A DNA stretch of 62,945 nucleotides from a virus (Duplodnaviria > Caudoviricetes). This document shows, piece after piece, positions 47,741 to 57,759 of this stretch. The first letter of the stretch is position 1, and the number at the start of each line of letters is the position of its first letter. A program made the translations under genes and the position numbers. Below the pieces are notes generated by a model. The model saw only the letters and a program-made list of their open reading frames with translations. It was not told the origin of the DNA and searched no databases. Location: positions 1 to 62,945 of the IMG/VR virus record IMGVR_UViG_3300034257_000004; one strand, written 5' to 3'.

Positions 47741-48130
47741 TTACTCCTGTGGTTCGACCAACTCACCAGCGTCGTTCTTAGCTACGAAGCCTGCGGGTGG
47801 ATAGTCCTTGAGGTCGTTCCCGTTATTGACCCACTCAGTAGGGGTAGGACCGTCCTCTCTCAACTCATCCGACGGAGTGTTACCCTCGCCTGGATCGTCT
47901 TGCGCCTGCGACCCACCACCGCTGGCTAGCTGCTCGTCCGTCTCCTCTACGTACTCCTTGACCTTACGCGCTCGTCTGAGGTCGGCCTTGATAGCCTTGG
48001 ACTCTCTATCGTCTACGCGTGCCTTGCCCCCGAAGTAAACCTTGTTACCGGGTGTGATAACGGTCCGTGGTATAGTCAGCACGGTCGTCTTCACTCCGTC
48101 CTTTCTTGAAGTGTCGTTTGCAGTCGCCAT
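47741..48130 (-). CDS. hypothetical protein
   Basis: AAGGAG RBS; DGPT..EWV..G.....YPP.GF. Confidence 0.7.
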   Translation of the reverse strand: MATANDTSRKDGVKTTVLTIPRTVITPGNKVYFGGKARVDDRESKAIKADLRRARKVKEYVEETDEQLASGGGSQAQDDPGEGNTPSDELREDGPTPTEWVNNGNDLKDYPPAGFVAKNDAGELVEPQE

Positions 48131-48160
48131 GTCGCTCCTTCCGAAATGTAGTAAGTCCGA

Positions 48161-48184
48161 TAGGCCCGAGTTGCCCCGGGCCTA
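48161..48184 (-). terminator. hairpin after the major capsid gene (weak terminator or stabiliser)
   Basis: TAGGCCCGGG-GCAA-CTCGGGCCTA; poor U-tract. Confidence 0.5.
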
Positions 48185-48206
48185 CTGGTACCGTAGAGTA
48201 CGCGCC

Positions 48207-49298
48207 TTAGGAGATAGCGCCGATAACCCCGATAGCCTCTGGCTCCGTGATAACCGGTAGACTGGTCTCCCAGCCCTCTCCCTCTACGCGTGGCGGTTTA
48301 TTAGTGAATGCCTCGAGCCGTAGAACACGACCCGGGCTGGACTGGCCGGCTGCTCTACCGACGCCTACGTACCCGAGCGTGCTCTGTACGATCTGCTCTT
48401 CGTCCGCGAAGTCCAGCATCTCGTCTCGGTCCGTCTCGCAAATGAAGGTCATTACGTTACGGGCCAAGAAGTATCCGCTGGCAGTCTGCGTACGGTACTG
48501 AAGGTTGTACTCCTCCAGTGGTGGCAGATCGTTCGCCTGGAATATGCGGTTGAGCGCATCCAGGTTCGCACGCTGGTTGGCGATCGACAGGGTGCCTCCC
48601 AGGTTGATGACAGTAGAGCCGATACGTGCTTGCATCTTGGCGTTGCCCGCCAGGATACTTATAACGGGTCGCGAGGTGACGATGCGACGCACCGTGAACC
48701 CTTTGCCCGCTAGCATGTCGACTATCGGAAGGATGTCCGACTCCATCGGGTCATTAGCGTCGTTGGACCACACCACGCCCGCGTTGACGCGGTGACCGGA
48801 CGGGTTGCTATAGGCTACGTCCTCGACGTACCCGTTATCGCCACGTCTCTGTACGACCGCGGCCACTATGGCCTGCCACCTTTGTCGCTCGTTGTGCTCC
48901 AGCATGGCACGGTTGAGCGTGACATCGGACCAGTCAAGAATACGAGCCATAGCCTGCATGTCCCCGCGGTTGCCCAGGAGGTCAATAAGGGCATCGTACT
49001 CTCTGGATGTGATTTCTCGGCCGATGTCCGACTCGCCGAGCTCTACTGCGAACGAGCCGACGAACTCGCCTTTCTTCTTCTGCACTGGCGAATAGCGAGT
49101 GCCGTCGTTGGCCACCACGGTCCTGTACCGAATAGCGTCCTCTCGGAACATGTTCTGCGGAACCGTGCGCTCCGGCAGTATCTCGGCTCCTATGTACCTG
49201 CGAGCCGATGTTCCGAACTGTGAGAGCGGGTTCGATGCAACGTCCACGAACTGCCCCTCTTCTCTTAGCTGCGCGATGAGTGTGTTAAGGTCTCTCAT
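48207..49298 (-). CDS. major capsid protein (lambda gpE-like)
   Basis: ILPERTV...VANDGTRYSP...ERQRWQA...W.TSLPVITEP; position; host-like codons. Confidence 0.85.
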   Translation of the reverse strand: MRDLNTLIAQLREEGQFVDVASNPLSQFGTSARRYIGAEILPERTVPQNMFREDAIRYRTVVANDGTRYSPVQKKKGEFVGSFAVELGESDIGREITSREYDALIDLLGNRGDMQAMARILDWSDVTLNRAMLEHNERQRWQAIVAAVVQRRGDNGYVEDVAYSNPSGHRVNAGVVWSNDANDPMESDILPIVDMLAGKGFTVRRIVTSRPVISILAGNAKMQARIGSTVINLGGTLSIANQRANLDALNRIFQANDLPPLEEYNLQYRTQTASGYFLARNVMTFICETDRDEMLDFADEEQIVQSTLGYVGVGRAAGQSSPGRVLRLEAFTNKPPRVEGEGWETSLPVITEPEAIGVIGAIS

Positions 49299-49936
49299 TA
49301 GTCGTGGCCCTCCGTACACTCGTAAAGAGCCCTGATCTTCGCGATAAGGGTAGCGGACAGAGTGCTGAACGCTGGCAGGTAGTTTGTCTTGACGAGACCA
49401 CCATGGCGGTAGAACTCAACGTCCGCGTTGTTGTCCGCGTCGGTGACGTCGAAAGCCACGAGGTAGAACTGGTCGTCCGCATCATCTGCGGGACCGAACG
49501 GGGTCTTGGCCGCTGCCTCCGCGAACGTGCGACCTAGAAAAGTGCCACTCGGTATACTCTTCAGACCGCCCGTACCCGGATACAGGTACTCGTCGTTGTC
49601 CTCGATCGCCACGATGAGAGCGTCGACCGGAATAGAGGTGTCACCCTCTTCTACGTCGGCCGTGGTGCGAGCGAACTCGTCCGCAGTGCCGAAGTACATG
49701 TTAGTGCCCGCGGGGATGAAGGCATCCTCGTTGGCATTGGTGAGCGGATCGACTACGAGCGCCGTCGCTCCTATCGCCGCTGTAGCGCTTAGTTTCACTA
49801 GCACACTCTCGGTGCCACGAAACTGAGCCGGATCTACCCTGGCACCGCCCGGAAGCAGGCGTTCAGGACTCATGAAGTCCCCGGCCCACCTGGGCGCTGT
49901 CAGCTGATTCTCAATCTCGCTGAAGCCCTTAGCCAT
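49298..49936 (-). CDS. head decoration / minor capsid protein
   Basis: IPSGTFLGRT..E...FGPA; between scaffold and capsid genes. Confidence 0.65.
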   Translation of the reverse strand: MAKGFSEIENQLTAPRWAGDFMSPERLLPGGARVDPAQFRGTESVLVKLSATAAIGATALVVDPLTNANEDAFIPAGTNMYFGTADEFARTTADVEEGDTSIPVDALIVAIEDNDEYLYPGTGGLKSIPSGTFLGRTFAEAAAKTPFGPADDADDQFYLVAFDVTDADNNADVEFYRHGGLVKTNYLPAFSTLSATLIAKIRALYECTEGHD

Positions 49937-50006
49937 AGGTGGCTCTCCTTTCGTCTGTACGTGTTGGTGGGTCCCGCGCCTTGTCGGGTCTCGTAGGAGG
50001 ATCTAG

Positions 50007-50795
50007 CTACTTCTTGTCCTCGGGTTTACCGATCCCGGGGTACCTCTTCTTGAGGAGGTTCTTCGCTAGGTCCTTGGTGCCGCCTGTCTCAGCCTTGCTG
50101 CCACGCGACTGTCTGACGAACGATGTCCCTTGTGCACCGCTCTTTGCGCTCGCCTCTCCGGCGTCGTCCTTGTTCTCGTCCTTGACGAGAGAAGGCAGGA
50201 ACTCTTGCAGCTCCTCAGCTAGCTTCTTCTTACCTGTGACCGTACCCTTGTCGTCCTTGACGTTCAGGTACCCGCGCATAACCTTGGTCTTTTTCTTCTG
50301 ACCCTCGTTCTCTGGGTCGTCGGTCTCTTCCTCAACCTCTTCTACGCCGAACAATTCCATACCGTTCGTGAGTCTGTCGAGTACCGGGACCTTCCAACCC
50401 TCAGCGTCCGCTATGTCGCGCAGCTTATTGTCACGGGCTAGCTTCTGGTTCTCTGCGCGAAGAGTCGGTTCATCCTTAATTATCTTCTTGAGGTCCTCTA
50501 CCTTCACGTTGAGACCCTTGGCCTCATTGTAGAAAGTGACCTCATCGCCCGTCAGTACCAAAGCACCGGCGGGTGGTAGACCCTTGACCTGTTCATCGAG
50601 TTGTCGTTTCTGTTCTCGTAGCGTTGCGTTCTCCGCCATCAGCGTACCGACGCCTTGCTCCGGATTCAAGTTACGATTCGTTAAGAACTGTTGTACTAAC
50701 TCTCTTACCTGCTCTGGCGTCATACCTGGGGTAATAGCCGGAACAGGAACTGGTGTTGCCGACCCTGTCGGCAATGCACTTGGTGTTGTAGACAT
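50007..50795 (-). CDS. capsid scaffolding protein
   Basis: Coiled-coil, charged; position. Confidence 0.65.
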   Translation of the reverse strand: MSTTPSALPTGSATPVPVPAITPGMTPEQVRELVQQFLTNRNLNPEQGVGTLMAENATLREQKRQLDEQVKGLPPAGALVLTGDEVTFYNEAKGLNVKVEDLKKIIKDEPTLRAENQKLARDNKLRDIADAEGWKVPVLDRLTNGMELFGVEEVEEETDDPENEGQKKKTKVMRGYLNVKDDKGTVTGKKKLAEELQEFLPSLVKDENKDDAGEASAKSGAQGTSFVRQSRGSKAETGGTKDLAKNLLKKRYPGIGKPEDKK

Positions 50796-50844
50796 ATCCT
50801 TGTGTGTCCCTTCTGGTTAAGCGTCCTTGCGCCTACCAGGGTCG

Positions 50845-50873
50845 ACTATAGCGCAGTCGAAGTCAGATGTAAA
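50845..50873 (-). promoter_or_regulatory. sigma70-like promoter for the head genes
   Basis: TTTACA-N17-TATAGT. Confidence 0.75.
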
Positions 50874-50886
50874 CCCCTTGTGTGTT

Positions 50887-52632
50887 CTAGCGTGCCGGAC
50901 CTCCGTGGTCCTCAGCCGGTGGAGGCATGTTGTTATCTCCCGCACCGGACGGCGGTGTACCCTGTCTTGCACGCTCCAGATTGGTCTGGGCGGTAGCCAG
51001 ATTAGTAGTCTGTACGGGGTCGTTCGCGTCCTCCTGTGAAATCTCCAGGAGCTCGCTCTCCGGGTCCTCGTTTATTCTCAGCTCTACCACGGCGTTCTTC
51101 TTGGACCTAAGACCTGCCTGTACCTCTCCTCTTATGGCCGCTCGGTCTACGGCGGACAATGGCCCCGCGTCTACTTGCGAGTCGAACAGTACCTTGAGTC
51201 CGTCGAACAGCCCAGGCTGGCCCATAAACACCGACGCCATCCAGAGAGCAGTCTCCAGCATCCACCTACCGGCTGCGTCCACTCTGGACTTCGTTCGCTT
51301 GAGAGACTTCTCGTAATCGTCCCTAGCCTGCTTGCGCGACTCGCCCGATGCTATAGCATCCCCTGAGATTATCACGTGGAGCTGTCTGGTTCCGTGTAGT
51401 ATGTTCCTGTAAGCTGCCTCTTGTGTATCTACGAAAGTCTTGACGTCTACGGGGTCTCTGAATTTGACATCCGGCTTCTCTAGCAGGGGCTGCTTGCTCT
51501 CCTTGTCTACGCCCTTCTGAGCTCCTTTGATGAACTGAGTGGTCCTAGCACCGGTCTTAAACTTGTCAGGGACGAACCGTTTGCCACCCGGTGCTTTGGG
51601 ATCGTTTACGTACTCCCCTGGTGCTTGTGCCCCTAGGAAGATCCTCTCGAGGTAGCCGGCAAGTACCACGTTGTTGCCCATCATGGTGAGACCCATGACC
51701 AACAGCTTGAGGTTGTCCAGTATAGGACGAGTGACCAAGGGACGAGACCTCATTTCATATATAGTCAGTCTACGTCCTAGCGGCAGCTCTGTACGACCCC
51801 AGTCTACTGGGTCAGACTTACCTGCCGGTTGCTGGGTCTGACCTATGACCCGTATAACCGTATTCCTGTCGACATCCAGGTAGGTCAGCTCAGCGATCTG
51901 TGTAGGCTTGCCAGACAGGGCGTCTACTACCTCATAGACATATACTCCAACGTCCCGCATGGTTACGGGATCTCTCAGGACCACTGCCTGACGCGCCTCC
52001 ACGGCTACCGGCCATACACGATCTAGTGACTCTTGCAAGTCTCCGGCCGGGACTATAATCTCTCCGTCCACTTCCATGAGCTCGCCCTCTGGTACCATCA
52101 GCCTCAATAGTCCGCGTCCGCCGAGCTGTACGTCCATCGCAGCATCCCAGAGCTGAGCTAATGCCTCTTTCGCATCCCACCAGTTTATAAGGGCCACTGT
52201 AGCCTGATCTATGAGTGACTGTTCCTGGTCTGTAGGCTGCTCGGCCTCGTCGTCCGTCTCGCCTTCCAGCAATCCTCCTGTTATAGGGTCGCGCTTCCCC
52301 TTCTTAGCAGGCTTGAGCGCCCTGGCCACGGTCACTCTCCAGTCGGACTCGCTGCCGAGTATAGCATCCACGTGTCGCTCGGTAACCTCATCGAGGGCGG
52401 GACTGGCCACGAGACCGCGCTGTATCTCATCCCATATTTGCTCGGCGTTCTCCTCGTCCTCGTCTACTATGGGGCCTATCCAGCCCTTTCGGTTTTGCCA
52501 GAAGTCCTGGTCCCTATACGCGCGTGCCTCATCGTAGAGCTCGTCAGAGACTAGTAACTGGACCACGTCGTTAAACTCTAGTGTCTCCGGGTCAGCGCTG
52601 AGACTGAACTGGGTGTCGGTTGTTCTCTTCAT
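50887..52632 (-). CDS. portal protein
   Basis: 581 aa after terL; ASGESRKQAR..Y SPP1-like motif. Confidence 0.85.
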   Translation of the reverse strand: MKRTTDTQFSLSADPETLEFNDVVQLLVSDELYDEARAYRDQDFWQNRKGWIGPIVDEDEENAEQIWDEIQRGLVASPALDEVTERHVDAILGSESDWRVTVARALKPAKKGKRDPITGGLLEGETDDEAEQPTDQEQSLIDQATVALINWWDAKEALAQLWDAAMDVQLGGRGLLRLMVPEGELMEVDGEIIVPAGDLQESLDRVWPVAVEARQAVVLRDPVTMRDVGVYVYEVVDALSGKPTQIAELTYLDVDRNTVIRVIGQTQQPAGKSDPVDWGRTELPLGRRLTIYEMRSRPLVTRPILDNLKLLVMGLTMMGNNVVLAGYLERIFLGAQAPGEYVNDPKAPGGKRFVPDKFKTGARTTQFIKGAQKGVDKESKQPLLEKPDVKFRDPVDVKTFVDTQEAAYRNILHGTRQLHVIISGDAIASGESRKQARDDYEKSLKRTKSRVDAAGRWMLETALWMASVFMGQPGLFDGLKVLFDSQVDAGPLSAVDRAAIRGEVQAGLRSKKNAVVELRINEDPESELLEISQEDANDPVQTTNLATAQTNLERARQGTPPSGAGDNNMPPPAEDHGGPAR

Positions 52633-52646
52633 ATCGTATGGTGCTC

Positions 52647-54200
52647 CTACTTGAATGGTCCTTTGCTACTGCTGCCCTCGGCATCCCACGGTAGCATTAT
52701 AGAGTCTGCGTTGAACGCAGCCATAGAGGTACAGACCGCAAGGTCTATCTTCATGGAGCGTTGTCGCTTGACTATCCTTATTCTCTTACCGTCCTCGGTA
52801 GTCTTCCTATCCGCATTGTATACGTGCGTCCTTATGTCGGACTGTCCCACGTGCGCTATGCGTCTGGTGACTATCCTGTCGAGTAGTGCTTTGTCCGACT
52901 GCTCTCTTAGTACTCCCTGGGGAAACTCGGTGGTCATGACACCGGGCCACCACCTTTTGTCCGGCAGCTGACCAGCCTTCCTGAGACGAGTCATCATGTG
53001 ATGCAACTCGCGCGGATCATAGACTATCTCGCCTATGGCGTACTTTAGGCAGACATCCTTTATGTCGGACTCTATATCGTCGAAGTCTCTCTGTACCCCC
53101 TTGGCCTCCCACATCTTATAGCCCCTGATAGCTACCACGTCCTCTTTGAAAGGGTGAGGACCGGCGAGTATCATGGCGAACACATCCCCCTTGCTGGCGT
53201 ACGCTCCATCTACCGCCATGACCAACGGATCGTACGGTGTGAGCCCCGGCAGACTGGAGTCATAGCAAGCGTCCCATAGGGCCATGTCATGCAGGAAGTG
53301 TTGTACGTCGTCCTCATCCTCCCACTGAGCCTCCAGGAACACCCGACGCTCGGACTCAGTCAGTGTGGAGCCTCTGTCCTCAGCATAGTCGTCTGCCAGG
53401 TTCTCCTCGTTGTCTAGCGTGTATAAGGTCACGACCACGGCCTTGCTCTTAAACAGAGCGCGAGGATCGTCCTTCTTGAAGTGCTCCTGACCTACATCCA
53501 TCTCGCCGAACGGGTTAGGTACCCCACCAAAGAAGTCGAACAGCCAATGCTTCTTGGGAGTAGTAGTGAACCAGAGCTGTGGAGGTTCGCCCTTGGGTCC
53601 CGGTATACGGACGCGGCCTGACAGTACCTTGAGTATGTCGGCGTCGTCCTTGCGTCGTACCTCATCACCGTGCGCGAAGCTGACATTGGGACCGTGCCAG
53701 CCGGTAGGGTCGTCCATACCACCGCAGTACAGAGTGCTCAGTCCGCCGTATTCGTTGTGGAAGTGGAGCTCGAACTGCTTGGAAGGTTCCCAGTCCGTCC
53801 TCAGCCTGTAACGCTCCCTCTCTATCACGCTCTCCAGGGGACACCACCTACGGAACTCTGCCCAGAGGCTCTTTTTGAAGTGTTCAAAGTCCGGCGACAC
53901 CATGATGCCCGTCATACCGCGTCGCAAACGCTCGAGGTCCTTTATAATACCGCCGACCGACTTGCCCCCGCCCTCTCCGCCCTTTATCAGAATGTGCTTG
54001 GGTGAGTCGGAGTATATGACGAGGTCTTCGCCCCGGTGTTTCTTGGGCTTGTATGTACGACCGGTCTCCCTGTTGACGTACTCTCTCCACTTGTAGACCG
54101 GTCCTACCTCGGTAGGCGAGAGTATAGAGAGCACAGCGTCCTGGACACGCTGGCGCCCTGTCTTTACAACCGGAGGTCTGTACTGTAGGTTGGAGCTCAC
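52647..54200 (-). CDS. terL: terminase large subunit
   Basis: GGEGGGKS, GPN....GDE, TTTP, AVDG, YDP, KIDLAV. Confidence 0.92.
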   Translation of the reverse strand: MSSNLQYRPPVVKTGRQRVQDAVLSILSPTEVGPVYKWREYVNRETGRTYKPKKHRGEDLVIYSDSPKHILIKGGEGGGKSVGGIIKDLERLRRGMTGIMVSPDFEHFKKSLWAEFRRWCPLESVIERERYRLRTDWEPSKQFELHFHNEYGGLSTLYCGGMDDPTGWHGPNVSFAHGDEVRRKDDADILKVLSGRVRIPGPKGEPPQLWFTTTPKKHWLFDFFGGVPNPFGEMDVGQEHFKKDDPRALFKSKAVVVTLYTLDNEENLADDYAEDRGSTLTESERRVFLEAQWEDEDDVQHFLHDMALWDACYDSSLPGLTPYDPLVMAVDGAYASKGDVFAMILAGPHPFKEDVVAIRGYKMWEAKGVQRDFDDIESDIKDVCLKYAIGEIVYDPRELHHMMTRLRKAGQLPDKRWWPGVMTTEFPQGVLREQSDKALLDRIVTRRIAHVGQSDIRTHVYNADRKTTEDGKRIRIVKRQRSMKIDLAVCTSMAAFNADSIMLPWDAEGSSSKGPFK

Positions 54201-54206
54201 GGGTGC

Positions 54207-54215
54207 ACTATAGCA
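54207..54215 (-). promoter_or_regulatory. extended -10 promoter, probable leaderless terL mRNA
   Basis: TGCTATAGT 6 nt before the GTG; no SD. Confidence 0.55.
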
Positions 54216-54239
54216 CGCGTTGTTGTTACATGGACACTG

Positions 54240-54539
54240 TTAGTCTCGGTGGGCTTTCCTGAGCTTGTCGAAGTCTATGTTCTTACGTTTACCCGTACCT
54301 ATAGGATCTTTTGTCAGTATTTGCTCTGCGGTATCTTGTGCTAAGGTCAGTGACGGCTCGTCGACTGGGGCCCACGGCTTCTGTGTGTGACCAACCCACC
54401 GTCCGGTAGGTTGACGCTCTATAATCGCTAATGCTTGTGCATCGTTGACCGGCGTACCTGTCTTTAGACCTAACTCCGGCACTAATGCCCAACGAGTAGG
54501 GTTATGTCCTATACAATACCACTGTGCTTTAGGTTGCAT
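54240..54539 (-). CDS. hypothetical protein
   Basis: GAGG RBS. Confidence 0.65.
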   Translation of the reverse strand: MQPKAQWYCIGHNPTRWALVPELGLKTGTPVNDAQALAIIERQPTGRWVGHTQKPWAPVDEPSLTLAQDTAEQILTKDPIGTGKRKNIDFDKLRKAHRD

Positions 54540-54596
54540 AACGTGACTATCCTCACTCTTTTACTATTTGCCCCCTTAGCGTACTACGCATGTAAA

Positions 54597-54848
54597 CTAT
54601 ACGGAGAACATAGGTTTGGCATTATCGAAAGGTCCACGAGCGGTAAGTGGTCTACCACACTCCGTACACTTCTCTCCTAACATACTGGTAGGTACGTTCT
54701 TCAACTGTATGTCGCAAGAGTTACAGTAGAGGGTGGTTAGCATCTCCTCGTGCTCATATTCCCTGTTCTCGTCGAACGTCGTGAATCTAGGTTGTCTGGG
54801 TCTTAGTGCTATCTTGCTCCTTGTTGTCGTTTTTGTCGTAGTGTTCAT
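54597..54848 (-). CDS. Zn-ribbon protein (start uncertain)
   Basis: CNSC...CTECG. Confidence 0.6.
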   Translation of the reverse strand: MNTTTKTTTRSKIALRPRQPRFTTFDENREYEHEEMLTTLYCNSCDIQLKNVPTSMLGEKCTECGRPLTARGPFDNAKPMFSV

Positions 54849-55098
54849 CCAATGCAGCTAATGCCATACGTAGCATGGACCGTAAGTCTTGCTTGCCCCA
54901 AAACGTAACTGCGCTCGAATCATCGTCGCCTGCTTGGTGAATAAACGGACCACGTACTTCCCTTGTTGGATCAAACTGTGGCGTAGTTACTGGCAGGTAA
55001 AGATAGAACCGTAACCCCGTAAAGGTCTGCCCCTCAATCTCTTTACCGATAATCTCTATTCGGTCTGTCATTTCCTCAGCATAGATATTTACTCTCAT
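54787..55098 (-). CDS. hypothetical protein
   Basis: MRVNIYAEE...DDDSSAVTFW. Confidence 0.75.
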   Translation of the reverse strand: MRVNIYAEEMTDRIEIIGKEIEGQTFTGLRFYLYLPVTTPQFDPTREVRGPFIHQAGDDDSSAVTFWGKQDLRSMLRMALAALDEHYDKNDNKEQDSTKTQTT

Positions 55099-55108
55099 AG
55101 CTCTCTTC

Positions 55109-55852
55109 CTACCTTTCGTTAGGGAATTTATCGAACAACTTATCTTCCAGCGTAGACAACAACTCGTCTGGCGCTAAGTGTGGACCTGTTATCTCCTGGT
55201 CTATCGCCCTGCCCGTGTTAGGGCCCATGGTCCCGTCTATGTCTCCTATATCGTGACCTAGTCGGATGAGCGCAGCCTGTATCGCTCCTACCGTCTGGTG
55301 GTTCCCGAGCTTATCCACCTTGACACCTATGGAGAGTATCGCTGACGCTGCCATTGCCTCGTACGGTTTGACCGCTGCTAGCCCTAGCCTCTTGCCCTTA
55401 CCGGACCTGTAGTACTGGTATACCAGGTCGTGACTTCCTCTGCGATCGAAGTGCCACGACTCACTGGCTCCGTCCTTCGGTGTAGCTATGATGGGGGTCA
55501 GCCCGTGCTTTTTAGCTATGACCCAGAACTTGTCCAGGCCCATGTTGTCCGCGCCCAGGTCGTAGTCCAAGGCTCTGCCAGCCTCGTGCATGCTAGCTCC
55601 TGGAGGAGGACTGAACGCCTTCTTCCTGCCCGTCTTCCAATCGAGGTGAGACCTGAGCTGCATCTCATAGCTGCGGAAGAGGTCTGACAGGTACAGCTGA
55701 CCTCCAGCTGCCTGTACGTCCAGTGCTATACCCCTTATGGCGAACTCCATGTCGGAAGTGCACTTGTTCATACTCGCAGGGAGCGGTATCCGCTGTCTCT
55801 TTCCGTTCAAGTAGGTAGACATGACTGTCACTGGGTAAAGTCTTCTGCGCAT
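55109..55852 (-). CDS. endolysin: M15/VanY-like Zn peptidase + peptidoglycan-binding domain
   Basis: RSYEMQ, PPGASMHEAGRALD, ESWH; IQAALIRLG....IDG..GPNT..AI. Confidence 0.88.
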   Translation of the reverse strand: MRRRLYPVTVMSTYLNGKRQRIPLPASMNKCTSDMEFAIRGIALDVQAAGGQLYLSDLFRSYEMQLRSHLDWKTGRKKAFSPPPGASMHEAGRALDYDLGADNMGLDKFWVIAKKHGLTPIIATPKDGASESWHFDRRGSHDLVYQYYRSGKGKRLGLAAVKPYEAMAASAILSIGVKVDKLGNHQTVGAIQAALIRLGHDIGDIDGTMGPNTGRAIDQEITGPHLAPDELLSTLEDKLFDKFPNER

Positions 55853-55877
55853 AGTGTTGATCCTTTCTGTTGTTGGT

Positions 55878-56792
55878 TTATACTGAAACTTCCGCGCTTA
55901 TCTTGGGATGCGGATCGTAGTTATGTAGGACGAAGTGTTGGAACTGTATCTGTAACAAGTTGACGAAGTTGTCTTGGCCGGGAGCGCTAGGGGTCGCGTG
56001 CCACATGTCCTTTCCGATGAATACCTCAGGCTTGGGTCTGGGTTGTCTTTCGAGCAAGGCCTTGGCCGCGTCCGTATGCGTGTCGTACAGGTGAAGATCG
56101 CCGAACTGGAACACCAACTGCCGAGGTCTTCGTCCTGTGACCCATGCTAGCATCTCCAACAGCAAGCCGTAGTGAGCTATGTCGAACGGTAACCCTACGA
56201 ACACATCGGCGCTCCGACAGTAGACCAGCAGCGACATCTCGTGGTCGTCGTGCACCTTAACCTGCCAGACCGGCTGACACGGGGGGACCTCTACTTCATG
56301 CAACGTGTAAGGATCCCACTGGGTCACAACGTGCCGACGGCTGTACGGGTCTACGTCCAAGTTGTAACATAGCTCCCACAGCTGGTCATGCCCCTTCCAC
56401 GACTCCGGCATCTGTTCCTGTTTTACCATCGCACGGCGGTCTCTGGTCCGCATATACTTACCGCCATAGAACCTCAACAAGAAGCCGTATGTAGGACCCA
56501 GGTCTCCGGCGTCACGTCCGTATACCTCACACTTCTCCTGTGTGGCCCAAGGAGCCCAGGTCTTCACACCGTGCGCCTGTAGCTCGTGTTCGTCTGTAGA
56601 TCCCGCCAGCATCCACAACAGTTCTGTAGCGATCCACTTGAACGGTATCTTCTTAGTAGTCAGCAAGGGATAGCCACCCCTCATGTCTACCTTGAGAGTC
56701 TCGCCCCAGGTACTCAACGTCCCGCCGTTCCGTCCCTCATAGTGCTCGCCGTCTCTTATAACTCTGCTCAGTAAACCCTGATACTCTATCAT
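55878..56792 (-). CDS. thymidylate synthase-family protein (Asn177-equivalent is Asp)
   Basis: PLLTTKK, ELLW, DLGP.YG, SRR, PPC, RSAD..VGLPFD, HLY. Confidence 0.92.
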   Translation of the reverse strand: MIEYQGLLSRVIRDGEHYEGRNGGTLSTWGETLKVDMRGGYPLLTTKKIPFKWIATELLWMLAGSTDEHELQAHGVKTWAPWATQEKCEVYGRDAGDLGPTYGFLLRFYGGKYMRTRDRRAMVKQEQMPESWKGHDQLWELCYNLDVDPYSRRHVVTQWDPYTLHEVEVPPCQPVWQVKVHDDHEMSLLVYCRSADVFVGLPFDIAHYGLLLEMLAWVTGRRPRQLVFQFGDLHLYDTHTDAAKALLERQPRPKPEVFIGKDMWHATPSAPGQDNFVNLLQIQFQHFVLHNYDPHPKISAEVSV

Positions 56793-57205
56793 GGCAGTTC
56801 TCCTACTCTTATGTAGCCCAACAGAAGTAAGACTCTTTCGGCCTGTTGCTTAGCGGCAGTGGTAACTACATCCCCGCTAGTGAGTTGAAGCACGGAGTAG
56901 GCCTCACGCTCTACTAGGTTGAACAACTCCAACTCCTCGGTTAGGACGAACCTTACGCCTACAGGTTCTGGTACTCGCCACTGCTGTACGACCTCGTTGG
57001 TTCGTATCAGCTTTAGCATGTTATACAGCTCCACACGGGAGTAGCCATCCTCCTCGGTGGTGTCCCTGGAGGTTACTGTTATCTCAAGAGGTTCTAACTT
57101 GAAGGTGTAGATTCTCCTGTTGCCTACTGAGCCGAACCTACCGGGTCTCTGCCACAGGATTATCTTCAACAGTCGTAGTCGAATGTAGGTCAGTACGTTC
57201 CTCAT
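56789..57205 (-). CDS. hypothetical protein
   Basis: AAGGAG RBS. Confidence 0.65.
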   Translation of the reverse strand: MRNVLTYIRLRLLKIILWQRPGRFGSVGNRRIYTFKLEPLEITVTSRDTTEEDGYSRVELYNMLKLIRTNEVVQQWRVPEPVGVRFVLTEELELFNLVEREAYSVLQLTSGDVVTTAAKQQAERVLLLLGYIRVGELP

Positions 57206-57548
57206 CTGGTAGTCTCTCCTTTGTGAAGAATGGTTGGGACAGGTAGTCTATACCGGTTGCTGCACACTCCGCCTCTGTCCGATAGGCGTGTGCTCTGCTG
57301 TTATTGCCCAGCAGCAGTACGTCGCTCAGTGAGCACCCGTCCTTATGGGTCAGGCTACTACGGCCCATCGGACACTCCTCGTCACACTCCGGGCAATAGA
57401 TGTAGGTTGTACCATACTTAGGTGAGTAGCTCTTACACGAGCACCCTTCCGCGGTACACGCCATGTCATTGGTCCGTTCATGTACGTCTACTCGGTGTGG
57501 ACAACATCGCTGTCTGGTCCTGAGCGGACTTCTCTTTTCATCCGTCAT
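57138..57548 (-). CDS. Cys-rich hypothetical protein
   Basis: Several Cys/His clusters. Confidence 0.6.
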   Translation of the reverse strand: MTDEKRSPLRTRQRCCPHRVDVHERTNDMACTAEGCSCKSYSPKYGTTYIYCPECDEECPMGRSSLTHKDGCSLSDVLLLGNNSRAHAYRTEAECAATGIDYLSQPFFTKERLPDEERTDLHSTTTVEDNPVAETR

Positions 57549-57759
57549 AATTAGTACGCCTCTCTACATTGTTCTCTTTTAGGATCTGTCTGGTGGTGTC
57601 GTCGGATATACCGAACCTGTGTCTTATCTGCTTCATGGTCAGCTCATGCTCTACCCTGCACTCCACTACCCTTGCCTTCTCGTCCTCAGTCAGTTGACCG
57701 TAACCCCTGAGCTGTACAGTCCTGTGCGCGGACGTTATGCTACCCGTGTACCCCATCAA
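57538..57759 (-). CDS. small HTH protein
   Basis: LTEDEKARVV...TMKQIRHRFGISDDTTRQIL. Confidence 0.7.
   Translation of the reverse strand: MMGYTGSITSAHRTVQLRGYGQLTEDEKARVVECRVEHELTMKQIRHRFGISDDTTRQILKENNVERRTNYDG

Noticed and set aside
54560-54600. TTTACA promoter upstream of the 54539 ORF
   Set aside because: No -10 at 16-18 nt spacing
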